Source: Sphagnum compactum
Lineage: Eukaryota
DNA: 64,000 bases
Assembly (NCBI GenBank): GCA_965153455.1
Contig: OZ234493.1
Span: forward strand, 4,526,001-4,590,000
Direction: 5' to 3'
Shown: positions 24,602 to 38,497 of the stretch, in pieces
Layout: each line of letters starts with the position of its first letter
How positions within the stretch are numbered: the stretch's first letter is position 1
Notes under the pieces: model-generated
What the model saw: the letters and a program-made list of their open reading frames with translations, nothing else
The model's database searches: none
What the model was told of the DNA's origin: nothing
Translations under genes and position numbers: made by a program

Positions 24602-25127
24602 TACGCAAAAAAAATAAATTTTAAAAATCTTACCAAAATGAATTTAACAACCAACAAACAAAGAGACTTAACAAACACATAGTTGCAAAAACACACACTT
24701 GAAAAAACTCAAGCTTGCAAAAACCATCAATATAAAATGAAAACTAAATCAAGCACAATGTTCGTGCTAGCTAGAAAGAGAAATAACAAACATACAATGT
24801 AATCTTTAGTATGGGACAAAAAAACCCTAATTGAAACCCTAAACCTAACCTAAACTTTTTACTAGTGTTTTTTAGCTTTAACCAATTTTGATTACATGGT
24901 TGATTACAACTTAACAATAAATAAACATATTCATGGTTCAATGACTAAATTATAGTTTAATAATGAACAAGGTATCCTACGAATTGTAATTATGCAATCC
25001 ATAGGTATATCAAAACCTAATTGTTTCAACTTGGATTTGAGATACAACACTTTAACCCTAAACTTTTTTCCATTATTTAAATCATTATTTTCATTTTCAC
25101 TTCAATATATATCTATTTGGTAAGTTC

Positions 25128-25166
<39 letters not shown>

Positions 25167-27391
25167 TAAACATCAATTTTTTGGTCATTTGCATGAAAAT
25201 TTTACACAAAAATTTGAAATTTAATTGTTTTTCACTTTATGGTTAAATGTATTCAATGTTTGATTTCAAACAAGGTTTTGTTCTTTTTTCTTAAAATCTT
25301 GAAATTATTTTTCTTTGTTGAATTTTTGCCATGTTTGGTGTTGCCAAAAAATGACATTAATTTTTAAAAATATTTTCTTGGGAAAACATCCTTGTTAAGT
25401 CACCATATTATGAAAAAGGAAAAGAAGGGAAAAAAAGGGAATATCCCTTTTTTTCCCCACCCAAGAAATAACTCCTTTAACCTCCCAATACCATTTAATA
25501 AAACTCCTTTATTTTTCTAGTTCACTAAAACCCCACATCTAAAACAAACCCTTTGAAATAAATAAATAAATAAATATTTAACCTATATGCTCTCCTCGCC
25601 CAACTTAAAAAAAATACTCATACCTAAATTTATCCATTTAGCCTACCTTTGATTCTTTGGCCTTTATACCCACTCAAAAGGTGTTCCCCACAATGTCTCT
25701 ATAGGATAAAGCCAATAATTAATTAATTAATTATTACTTGAAAAGACTTGACTTTTGTGATCTTCAATTACTTCAGTACATGGGTTGGTTCAGCAGCAAG
25801 CAAGGTGCCTAATAAAATTTTAAAAAATTGTCATTCATGTTTAACAATAAAAATAATAATCTTTTATAATTAGGCATTATATTAAATAATGAAGCGAGTT
25901 AGTGTGGTTGAAAGTGTTTTTCTTGGATTTTCAACATGTAAATATTTTTTACATTTTTTGGCAATTCCAAAAATATTTAATTAATGCCTAACTAGTTTAA
26001 TTACTATGGTACAGATGAAATGGCAACCCCCTTTGAAAATTGGGAGCCAAGGAATTGTGATGACTTAGCCAAATTTGTCATATATAAAAAGATTTAGCCA
26101 AATTTTGCTATATGTTAGAGAGGAAAATAAAATAAAAAAATTGAACCCCACTGTATTTTGGTGACATGCTAGAACTTGTAGTCTAAATGTGATAATTTCA
26201 AAAAAAAATCTTGAAATATGGTGACTTTGGGTCATTTTTCCAAAAAAATTATGTTCCTATGTCAACAACTACAACTATCACTATCACCACATATACAACA
26301 TATAACATATAAATATCCTAAATAGTACACCATATCCAAATTTTTCAAGTCATCAAAAAGTGATTTGAAATCACACAACCTAAAATTGTATCAACAAAAT
26401 ATTCGAATTTTGTTCACACTTGAATTGGTTTGAAATAAAACTTAAATAGCTAAGTTAACCCAGTTTACCCTTAAGTAGCTAGGACCTAACCAAGCAACTA
26501 AGCTAACACACCTCACAAAATACATAATGAAATTTTGCTTCCAAACCTTTTTTTTATAGGTTTTGGTTCATATGCAGTGAAGTGTGTTTTTTCCCTTCCT
26601 GTTGTCACCAAAAAGGAAGGGTCCAACAGCAACACGACCCCTCTGTCTAACTCACTCAGACAGAATGTGAATGGGTATCCGTCTATCAAACCCGCGGCAT
26701 GACAATGGCATTAATCTGAGTCCAAAGCTTCTGTCTCCTGGTTCTACCAAAACCCCAATGATAGGCCCACATTACTAATGCAAAGTCTCACTCCCTGGAT
26801 TTCCATAGACACAGCTCCAACTCTCACAATTCGGCAAAGCAGAACTTCAGAGATCAAAATTCATTACTCATAATTTACTGAATTCCCCGACAGCGCAAGC
26901 TGCCTCACTCCAGTGCACTCATCAAAAATCAAGCAATCCTACTTAGCTAAGTCGCTGGCGCAGCGAAAAGTTTCAACAACTCAGCCAAGCTCTCCACGAA
27001 ATAGACATATAGGGCTACACATCCAGACTCTTCTGAGCTCATCTAACATCTGCAGCTCTAGTCTTCCATCTCTGACACAAAACTAAAGACAAAAACTCAT
27101 CTACAACATCCGTCTTAGCCTCTTGCTACTCTCTGAACTTCTCCTCCCTTAAGCAATGCTCATCAATGATCCCAAAAAAACTACTTAGTTCTAACACTCT
27201 CCTCAAAAATCAGACCTTCTAGTCTGGCTCTCCATGCATCCTTGGGCTGTGCTGACCCCCATTGCGCTACCTTCCACCCCTTTTCAACTTGCTCTCCTCC
27301 ATAAAATCATCCTCTCCTCTTCTTCTGTTGGCTTCCCACACAAGCTTCATCCTTCACCTTTCTGCCGTATTTTTTCCTCAACAGCTCATCA

Positions 27392-30300
27392 ATGCAGCGC
27401 CGCTCCTCTCCATCATTCGTGCCGCCATCCTTCTGCTATCCCATCCCACACAGCCAGACAGCAACCCCTCTATGCATCCCATGCACAACCAGCTCTAACC
27501 TTCTTCCAGAAAGGATAAAATCCGCCGCTCTCATTAATGAAGGAGACAGCTGGATTAACTCTAAAACCCTGATCAGCGATTCTGGCGTTCACACAAAATA
27601 CACAACCACAGAATCCTTGTTCGGTCACTCGTTGTTTGGTTACACCGTAAGCATTCAAATATTATATATTTGGAAAGGTTGCCAAATAGTACATGTGCTT
27701 CTTACTCAAGATGTCACTTTTCATTAGCTTACAATGTTGGTACATGAAAAAAATTCAATCTTTGTTTGTGTGTAAGTAGGCAAAATTGAACTAACTTTTC
27801 TTTTCAAACCAAAGAATTGGGTTTGAATTACATTAGAGGTTTTATAACATAGGAAAAACCTAGACCAATGAGGGTTACATTTTAATTGAATTTTTACTAA
27901 CACATAGATAGGTTACACAAATTAAATTTTCACACAACACCCATACACCATACAAAACAAAACACTCACAATACAAAATATGAAACTTACATTTTTAGGC
28001 TAAGATCATTCACACTTAAAGCTTGGTTTTTATGTGGGCTACACCCAATGGAGACCTCATCACGCATGTTTTAAAACCTTGCTTTATGAATAACATTCCT
28101 TAAAAACATGCACATTTGCTATTATGAACAATTCCATCTTCAAAATGACATATAAGTTTATAGTGACATAGGTTTATTACATAAAATGTTTATCCTTAGG
28201 CTTATGGTCACTTTAGGTGAAGGTCCAAGTTCTATGGTCCAATGAAATAGAGCAATCTTATCGACCAAGAGCCATAAAATGAACCCATGGCCTTTAGATG
28301 AAGTTCCAAGACCAAAAAGTGACAAATCAAGGCTAGACCTTCATGGTGCCATTTTGGGGGGAAAGTCAATGGGTTTAAACCCAAAAAAAGAGTTCAAAAG
28401 AAAGTTCATGATTTGAAGAACTAAGATCCAAAATAGGGTTCAACTCAAGGATTCAATATGCTTCAAATGAATCCAAGTTGGTTCCTAAAAATTTGGACCC
28501 TAAACCCCATCTAAAATGGGCCTTAATAACAAATTAGCAACATGAAATCATGAAAGAGAACATGAACTCAAATCTTCATTCAAAATCTCTTAAATACTTG
28601 AAGGAAGGAATGGATGAATTATGAACATCATTCATCTAAATCTATTAAATATTACAATATATTAAGTTCAAATCAATAATATAATGCCACATACAAACTT
28701 TATAAAAGTACCATCCTTCTATGGATGAATCACTAAATTATTTAAAATATACTAACTAGGATTTAGTCAACTTCACATAAATGACCCAAAATGATGTTTA
28801 ACCCAAATGAATAAATTGAATTATTCATGAATCTGAACCTAGGTCCTTAATCAAAATATTTTCAAAATAGGGCCCATAAATTGAATTATTTATTTACATA
28901 TTTGCCCATCTTTCTACCCATAGGCATTAATATTATTATTTTAAATTTCTAATCCTAATACCCATTTTAGTGTTAAAGTTCCATTCATTTAAAAAAAATT
29001 AATAGGAACAATTGGAAAAAAAACAAACCTATCCTTGGGTGATACCACTAGGAATGTGACACCTTGATTTTACTCAACCCATCCAACTTTAAGAAATATA
29101 AGGAACATTTATATAAAATTTTAATTAAAAAAATGAATTCATTTATCAAGTTCTATAGATTTTGAAATTTCAATAATATGAAAAATATTGTTTATTTTGA
29201 TGATCCTAATCATTGCATTTCAAAAAAAATTCAAAGATGTAACATTGGTTTCTTTCTCTGAACTTTTTGGTGAAGAACACAAATTTTAAACATGATTTGG
29301 GAATTTTCTTGGGAAATTTTTTAAGGTAATTTTCAAGTCATTTTATTTTTGGTTTATTATTAGGCAGTTAATTTAATAATTATAATTTAGTTATGAATTT
29401 TCAAAATTAAATATTATGATTCTTAAAGGGGCCATCATTATTTGGAATAAAACAATTTAACCACTTTTGGTTCCTTAACCATTCCTTGAGGTGGTTCTTG
29501 ATGGCACCACCCAAGGATGAATTTGCTCAACATTGTTGGGTGGTTTTTTATTTTTATGAATAATCTTTGGTCCCAATTCTAAAAAATAAATTAAAATTAT
29601 TTGGTTCTAATTCTAATTCCACACAAATGGAACTAGGAATTTTGTTTGATTGGGTCTAGCTTTTCCCAAAAAAATCTAGTTTTAATTTTGATTCCAATTT
29701 GAAAAAATAGATTTCATTATGGTCTTAGATTTTACTAACTTAAACTAAAATTCATGGTTTTAATCACCTTGTTTAGAAAACAATTACAGCAACATGTTTT
29801 TGTAAAATTCTTAGTTTGGGTTCCACATTTAAATGTAACTAGAAATTTGACTCCAATTTTAATTTAAAAAATCAGTTTTTGATTATGAAAATTATATTTA
29901 ATTGCAATTCAATTCATATTAACAATATTAAATCTAATGATTTTCTCTAACTAAAATCGAAATCAATATTTTTTTGTTTTTATTTGCCAAAACAAGAGAT
30001 TTTTTTCAAACGAAATGTTATCTTCAAAAAGCTAGGACCAAACAATGTTGGTAAAAACTATTGTCAGTATGTTCTTTGGTGTTTCTAATAACCTCCAATT
30101 CCATTTTTTCAAATTTTAGAAATCAAGATTATAATTTGTGGGTCCAGTCTTTTGAAAAAATTTAAAATCAAATAACCTCATATTTCAAAATTTTCAAACT
30201 TTGAAAGAACCAATATTTTTCATGATTTAATGGGAAGTTTTATAGAAATATATTTGATTGGTTCTTAGATTCAAAATTCTGATTAGTGATACAAAATCAT

Positions 30301-33300
30301 TATTATTTTTCAAAATAGTTTTTTGATTTTTTTAAAACCATATTTATATTATCTCAAAGAACCACATGCATGAAAATTGGCGATTTATTGCTATTTTTAA
30401 TAATTAACCAACATTGGTAAAACAAACCCCCAAAAAAATTTGGTTCCTTTTAAAGTTATAATTATATCCCATTTTCAAACTGAATTTGGGTTCAATCCAA
30501 ATTCGTTTTTTGGGTTAAATATACCTTAATTGAAGGTCAATTGATTCAAAAATGTAAAAATATAACATTCATTTTTTTGTAATCCAAGAATTTTAAAAAG
30601 TTCAAAAGTTGATATAACAATAAATGTAAATTATAAAAGTATTGGTGTTTGTCTATTTGAGTCCTTTGATATTACAATGAACCTTTCTATAGGAAAAAAC
30701 AAGTTTATTTAATGTGGAAGATATTAATTAGTGAAGTACTTGAAGTAATAATCATTGACAAGAAAATTTTGACAATAAATTCATATGAAAGGGTGAAAAT
30801 CTTTTAAGGTGTACCACAGAGGACGAAAAGGGTCTAGTCCTTATTATAATCCCTTTTTACTTTATATTTTGATTCCCATGAAAAATAATGAGTCAAAAGT
30901 TGTAAAACATTTCAAAAGGATTTTATTTTAGACCATTACAATTTTAGATTCCATCATAATCATCCATAAATGTGCTTTTACATGGTAAAAAAGGACTAGG
31001 TGAAAAAGATAGAAATATGCGACATTGTGAAAAAAATTTAGTGCACCTTAAAGAATTTGGACCCGAAAATAAAAATACGAAAACGTCCTGCTATATTGTT
31101 AATTAAATATTCAAACCTTCAACCTATTGCAATTTTATTATAATTTCAAAATCTAATGAATTTGGCCCTTGTTCATTATAATTTTTTTTGAATAGGTTAA
31201 TCTCCAAATTTTCAAGTTGCAAATTGCACAATTTTTCTTTAAACCAAATCACTTATTTGGGCAAAGAGAAATTATTTCAAACTCTCAGTGTGTGCCCAAA
31301 GGGTAACATTTACACAAAATGTTAGTTTTTTTTAAAAAAAAGTTTTGAATTTGAATTTTAAAAAATCTAGTTTGTTTGAAGAGCTAATTTTTTAAATATG
31401 AAAACAAATGGAACAATTCATTGCAAATAACCAAACCAATAGACAAGCTGGTGAGGGGTCCACCCCTAAGGACTAAACAACAAAACAAACCACTAATCAT
31501 CCAACCTAATTTAATTAGGTTGTTAATAGGTCCATCTAACTTTCTAAGTTGTCTTTGGCACAAAAAATAAAATGGGGGCATCAAAACACCAAAGGGGTTA
31601 ATAGGGGTAGAAGTTGTAAATGATACTAATATGGTCTATTGGTGAAAAGTGAGAGTACCAAAAGGTTTTTTTGTATTCAACTTGAAAAACAAGGTATAAA
31701 ACAAAGACTAAATATTAATCAATAATAAGATAAATCATCCAGTAGTCCTATCAAATAGTAACACCAAGATAATGACTATAATATTTTAAGGATAATGTTG
31801 TAATTATTTTATCATTTAAAAATGATTAAATAGTTGAAAACAATGTTCCAAATTAATAACTGATCGACATCATGTACTCAAAGTAGACTACCAAAGAGCG
31901 TACATCTAACACCCCCTTTTGCTTTCATTGTTTCTTCAACTAATCTAATAGGATGTAGCGTCCCCTTTAATTTTATGAAGTTGCTACCCCTTCTTAATGA
32001 GGACTGATACACTAGTATTATGCAAAATTAAGTATTTCCTTCAAAGTTTTTTAATTAAGTCGTTATTTTTTTGCCTCGAACTTAATCCTCCCCAATGCCT
32101 TTATCAAAATAATTGCAAGTTGTTTAGCAATGGGGATATACTTAACCATAATTTTTCCACTTTCAACATTTTGTTTCGTAACATGTTAATCAATTTCAAA
32201 ATGTTTAATCTTATTATGAATTACATGATTTCATGCGAGTTTAATTACATTTTAATTATTCACACCAAGTGGAGTTGGCCCAATTACTAAGCAACCCATT
32301 TATGCAAGCAACCTTCAAAGCTAAATAGTTTTACATGTGCAATTAGAAAGTGCATGATATTTTGATTCACAATTAAAAGAGCTGGTGGTGGATTGTTTCT
32401 TGTAACTCCAAGAAATTAGTGTAGATCCAAGCATGAAAATGTATGTGCCAGTGGATATGTGATTATCAAAATTAGCAATATAGTTTGCATCGAAGTATTT
32501 CAAAGTACATTGGCCTCCCCATTTAAGAAATGAATGCCATAATAGGGGTAATGATGAAGATAACATATAATTCCATGCATTGGAACCAGGTAAAGTTTGC
32601 GGGGGTGTTGCATGTAACAATTGAAGAGGTTAACAACAAATAAAATATCCCAATAGTTGTGAGTAAAAAACATCAATTTCCCAATAAAATGTTCATAGGT
32701 AATCTGTAATAGGAATATTTATCCATCAAAAAAATTGTACACTTTGATTCAATTGAATAAAGGTAGGCCTATTATCCATAACATTGAAGTCCCATAGTAT
32801 GAACATGGTGTAGTATGTTTGATAAAGCAAAATGTTGCTTGAAGTATGAACAAATTGAGCACCAAGATACTTTGTGATCAATTAATCCCAAACAATCATT
32901 GGGAATTTTTGTTGAGTTTAGATATAAATGTGGTAATCTAAAAATCATTAAAGCCCATCACATATAAATCATTTGCATACAATATTAGTATGCAGAGATG
33001 TGAGTTGTGTTATTGGTATTTGGATCAACCAAGCTTATAATAAATCCCTTTTGTAGCAAAGTCTTGTTGATTTAAAAGTATTTGGCATGTGGGCTTTGGC
33101 ACATGCCATACAACACCCTTTGTAAATAACAAACATAGGATTTTTACCATGCATGATTAATCCTTTGAGTTGATGCAAATACACCTCTTCATTCAAAAAA
33201 CTAGTCGAATGCAGTTCGAACATCAAGATGTTGAATTGACCAAGTGACATGTGCATCAATCCTAGTGATCACACAAATTGTCTCCCAATTAACAACTAGA

Positions 33301-36300
33301 GCAAAAGTATCATAATAATCAACATTTTGTTTTTATTGGAATCCATAAACAACGTACAAGTTTAGTTTTGTGTCATGGAAGATGAGCATGAAATCCAAGC
33401 TTCAATTTAAACACCCAACAAATAGTTATTGTTCTTTTGCCCAAAGGTAAGGGCATCAACTCCTAGGTTTCATTTTAGATGATGTAATTATAATCATATT
33501 CAAAGTGCATTACTTCAATCCAATTTGGATCATTGCAAACATCATCATGCTACATGTTGTCTTCATCATCAAAAAACAAAATTGATTGTTCATCGATTTT
33601 GCAAGTTGCAACATAATTTTCCAAATGTTGTAGCAATTTGCAATCCCACATAAATAATCAAACGTGTGGTTTAATTGGTATTAAATATTTGGAAGTATTT
33701 GTGCAATTTTTCCGTGATGATTAAAACTGGACATGTTGTTGAATAAAAGTGAAGATTGTGGTGGTAGTGTGGCAATTTGTTCTAAAGGTGGTGCACTAGC
33801 TGATTTTCGTTGTTTAAGAACAAAAAACAAAAAATCATTTATGGAAAAATAAGATTTAAAAACCCTTCGATCATATTGGCAAACTTTGGTAGTGAATTTT
33901 TCTCCAAGTCCGTGTGAACACACTATTACACTACATGTCCCTAATCCACTGAACATTCCACTCAAATTTCATTCAAATTAGGCTAGCTCCACCAAAGTGG
34001 ATTGTTGAAGATTTTCAGTGGAAGTGTTAATGAATTAAAACACTTGAAAAGACCCCACAGAGATTCCACCATGCATTAGCTTCTTCTACTAAAATCCATT
34101 ATTGTCCACTTGGGACACCAAATATTCATTATTTATACCAAAATTAATCTTATAAAAATATGTGTGGTGGAATTTAGTGGAGTTTGGTGGAATGGAACTC
34201 ACCCCATTCCACCATATATTGATTGTAATGAAACTTGGTGGATTAGTCTAGTGGATTGGATTGGTGGAATTATTGATTGAGTGCATTTGCTTGGTGCAAT
34301 TGTTGGCCGTATAGTATAATTGTTGGTTCAATGGAACTTTTGGTTTAATTCATTGATCCATTTTGTGGAAATTCAATTGTTCATGAAGGTTAAGTGATGC
34401 ATTTGTGATGTCCAATGTCCCAAAGGATTATGTGCGTTCCTTGAGTGGTTGCACTTAAACTTGTGGACATACATGGAAGAAGCTTATATAGATGGTGTAA
34501 GCATGATTATGTCACTACTACAAAATGTGGTGTAAATTCATTAGTCCTTGCTCATTAGACAAATGAATTCACTACTTCCCCACTAGGTCCCGTTCACTAT
34601 AACCAATGAATTCATTCATAATCCAATGAAATCACTTGGCGTATGGGGACACCTTTTGTGTAGTATAATGGTATTACAATGTGTTTCAATGTGGGTGGTT
34701 TAAAATGGGTTTCAACTTGGGGATTGGAAAAAGATGTTCATTTTGCCACACATTTTATTGCCACAAATTGCACGTACATGAACCAAATTACTTCCAACAA
34801 ATATAATGAATCTTATTCATTATCAATGTTTTGTTCATGAATGTACTTGCCTTGACTTTCAAATGCATTTGTGTTGGAACACATGTATTCAACATCCGCC
34901 TCCATAACAATAACAATGTGGGTTGCATACATTTGTATTTTGTGAAAATTTATACCTAAAAATTACATTAGAATTGAAATAGGACAAAAATTAGACCTGA
35001 AAGTGGGAACAATGTTATATTTCCACATTGTAATATAATTTTTTGAACCACAAACAAAAGTAATCATTTCATGCCATATTTTTTTGTTGGCATGTTTTGC
35101 ATACATGTCAAACAAACTACATCCAACAAAGACATTGGTAGATCCCATCCATTTTCAAAGGTTTAAAAATTTGTTCACAAGCATACATGTATGTCTTTTG
35201 AGTGACCTTCAACTACAATATGTATGTTAACCATGCATTCAACATTCCCATGGTAGCAAACAAGTTGGATTGCATAAATTTGGATGTGGTCAAAATCATA
35301 CTTGAAAACTACATCGCATCCATGGTAGCAAAAAAATTGGGTTGCATTCATTTGTATGTGTTGTAGATCATATTTCAAAACTGCATCAACACCCCCAGGT
35401 AGTAAAAAAATTGGGTTGCATCCATCTGCAAACCAAACTTAGAAACTACATCAACAACCCATGGCAATAAGAAAATTGGGTTGCATCCATTTGTATGTGG
35501 TGCAAATTAGACCTAAAAACTACATCAGAGTTTAAGGGATTAACAAACTTTGATAAGTCTTGAATAAATTAAAAAATTTGAATAAAAACTAAAACATTTG
35601 AAAATTGATCTTTTCGAAAAGCTAAGGCTATAAAAAATCAAGTGGATTTTTATAAAAAAAACACTTAGAAAATGAAAAAGAAACTTTCAATGGAACACCA
35701 AAACCCAACTCTATGGGTTGTTTCAAAAGGAGGGGCATGAATTTGGGGTTCAAAAGTTTTGAAATGAATTTTTTTCTGAGTTCATCTACTAGACGCATAT
35801 ATAACTTTGGATGTATTAGTGTCTAATATACTAAATATCTAATATACTTAAAATACTCATATACTTGAAATGCCATAATATAATATACATATTACATATT
35901 GGTACTTATGCTTATACCTTTTATATATTAAAAAAATCAAAGGTACAAGTCTTTTGTTAATTTTAGGTATATTATTTTCGGCACACTTGAGGTATATCAA
36001 GTATATTTCATGTATATAGGTGAAATAATATACTAACATACCTAAAATGATATATGTAATACACGAGCTCAAATTCAAGTTTTCCTTCCAACCCATGGGT
36101 TATTTACTTACCTACCTTTGGGCCACTTAATGCCCCCTAACCAAGTTAGGCCTTTAGGTAGTCCTTAGGTATCCACCTAGTCACCTTCCTAAGTAGCCTC
36201 CAAATCAACCCTTTTCTAACCGCATAACTAGCCCCTAGGTATCCTTAAACTTAGGAATTTCCTTTATAATCCCATAGGTAAGCCTTATGTAGCCTCCTAG

Positions 36301-38497
36301 GTAGTCAACTTTAAGACTACCTTGTGTAGTCCCCCATTTAAGCTTTTGATAACCTTATCTTGGGTAAGTAACCCATGGGTGGGTGGGTAGGTAGCCTAGA
36401 GGTAGGTATGTAACTAAGTATGTAGGGACTATTTAAGGTGTTACATAAGGCTTGCTTAGAAAACTACCTAAAAACTTCCTAAGTTAGGGGATGCCTAAGG
36501 GGCTACTTTTGGGACTACCTAGAGGGCTATTTAAAAGACTACCTAGGGACTTCTTAAGTTAATGGATACCTAGGAGCCTACTTATGGAGCTACATATGGG
36601 TTTATTTAAGAACTATTTAAGGGGATATGTAAGGACTAGGTAAAAGTTTTATGTAACCCCCAAAATAGCCTTCAAGTATCCCATAACCTTTGTAGGTCTC
36701 TAAGTGTTTCCCTAAGTAGCCCTCATGTAGGCCTTAGGTAATCCCCTAAATAATCTTTAGGTATCCTATAACCTAGTTAGGTTTTTAAGTGTCTCTATAG
36801 ATAGCCCTCTAGGTAAGCCTTATGTAGTTCCTTAGGTAAGCTTTCAATAACCCCTAGGTAGCCCCCATAGGTAAGTTTTATGTAGCTCTTGAAATAACCT
36901 TTAAGTATCCCATAGCCTATGCAAAACTTTAAATGTCTCCTTGAATTCCCTAATTAGGCACTAAATAATCCTTAAGTACCCCATAACTTAGGTAAATTAT
37001 AAGGTGTTTCTCTAGATAGTCCTTAGGTAGCCTCCTAAATAATTCCTAAATATTTTTAAATTAAAAAAATCCCTAGCTAACTTGTTAGGTAGGATTTATG
37101 TAATTCTTGAATCCACTTTAAATATCTCATAACATAAGCATGCCCCTAGATAGACACATAGACACATGCAAAACACAAGAAGTAAGAAAAAACTTAAATC
37201 ATCATGGATTGAGGAAGAAATTTCAGTTTCCTCCTTTATTATATTCCTTTGACATTATCTCATCATGCATTTTAACTATCGTCCTTAGTTTCAAGGAACC
37301 CAAGGTTCTACTCTTGGGTTTTCCTGACTTTGCAAATGACTTTATGCACATATAACTTTGCCAAAATCTAAACCACATTTTGTTAAAAAAAACTCTATCA
37401 ACTTTAGACAAAAGTGGTGAATCTTTAATGTTTAATTATAAATTTTAAGAGAACATAAGTGGAATTTTTTTTGCATTCAAATTGAAACAAAATAGACATA
37501 TTTGATGGACCAAATAATAAACTTGAAAACATTGTTCAGTTTGCATTAATTCTAACCACTTCTAATGTAATAACCCTAGCTTATTTATTTTAAACTATAT
37601 GTCCACAAGTCCAAAAGTTATTCAAAGAAATGCATTTCATAGTTATGTTATGTTAGTGTGATCCATATTAGTTGGGGGAGCCCTCCAAGTTCCAATTTTT
37701 TTATGTTTGCAATGAGCCTCTTTGATTGGCCAATCACAAAAATAAATTCTTTGACTTTAGAAACTCCTCAATGTAAAAGTATTCACTCTAAACATAGAAA
37801 CATATAAGTCTCAATAATCAGCCCACTTAAATGGGACAAAATGAGCAGGTTGGGAAATACATTGGGAACTGGAGGAACATTGTTGAGAATTCATTGGGAA
37901 TTTGATGGGAACACATTGGGAACAAAAAAAAATCCAACCCTCTCTTTCCTCTTCCCCAAGGAGGGAAAACTGAGTTTATAGGGTGCACGTTGCAATTCCT
38001 CATTGGTTGAACATAAATTCTATTCCCAACCCTTGGCCGTTACATTACACTTACACTTAAGGAGTTGGTGTTACAACTCTCCTCTTTATACACCTTGTAA
38101 TCTATGTATGGATTATGATAACCTTCCTCTGTGCTTTACGGTGGGTAAAGTTCAATGGGTGGCTTGACATACCAAAAATGTGGGGTGGGACTCATCACCT
38201 CAAATTATGCCCTTTAGATTGAAATTACTCCCAGCTTGGGGGCTTTACCGTATGCAAGGAGACCTCCTTATTAGTTCCAATGGGTATGTATTTCCATCCA
38301 TGAGTGGTTCATGGCACAATGTATAGGTAATGCCTTGGCAACATAGTGTTAACCCCACTGTAGGTTTTTCATAAAAGTCAGGAACTGCAAAACTTAACCC
38401 TCATCTGTTATTTCAGACCTGTTCCCTCGGCCTATCGGCCTTGGGCACAGCTCTCAAATCATGGAAAGGCCTGTACTCAGGTCCTGTTCCTATGTAA
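27392..38497 (+). CDS. Candidate small two-exon gene of unknown function (27392-27646 + 38417-38497, 111 aa) or spliced lncRNA
   Basis: A GC-richer island ends in a strong donor ACC|GTAAGC (27647). A second such island starts with branch-like CTTAAC, a pyrimidine-rich tract and TTTCAG| (38416). The phase-0 join gives ...ESLFGHSLFGYT|TCSLGLSALGTALKSWKGLYSGPVPM*. No homolog recognised. Confidence 0.3.
32290..33600 (-). mobile_element. Ty1/copia retrotransposon relic (RT and RNase H)
   Basis: FLNEEVYLHQLKG matches the copia RT motif AFL..EEVYM.QP.G. YFDANY..DNHISTGTYIFMLGSTLISWSYKKQSTT..CESKYHA matches copia RNase H (YSDADW..STSGY.F....ISWSSKKQ..EAEY). Heavily degraded. Confidence 0.85.
35090..35280 (-). 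pseudogene. Pentatricopeptide-repeat (PLS-class PPR) relic
   Basis: MQSNLFATMGMLNAW resembles VQPN.VTFVGVLNAC. CEQI..GWD..NVFVGCSLFDMYAK resembles HEQI..SG..SDVFVGNSLVDMYAKCG. Frameshifted. Confidence 0.5.
35236..35527. repeat. Tandem repeat, 4 copies of a ~65-75 bp unit
   Basis: Unit CCATGGTAGCAAAAAAATTGGGTTGCATCCATTTGTATGTG..AAAACTACATC recurs four times with divergence. Confidence 0.75.
36110..37110. repeat. Degenerate CCTAGGTAGCC-rich repeat array with an internally inverted segment
   Basis: Recurrent CCTAGGTA, TAGGTAAGCCTTATGTAG and TATCCCATAAC units. Segment ~36400-36640 carries them reverse-complemented, e.g. CTAGGTATCCTTAAACTTAGGAA at ~36235 versus TTCTTAAGTTAATGGATACCTAG at ~36551. 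Confidence 0.65.

Noticed and set aside
27200-27520. Possible miRNA hairpin (miR160-like GTCTGGCTCTCCATGCA) or CLE-like peptide ending PMHN
   Set aside because: Only ~8 bp of stem could be found and the match to miR160 is poor. The peptide lacks the CLE RxxPxGP motif and an ATG-initiated signal peptide.
27555-27575. Telomerase RNA template-like CTAAAACCCT
   Set aside because: It does not match the TTTAGGG template exactly, and no USE/TATA Pol III promoter or poly-T terminator was identified.
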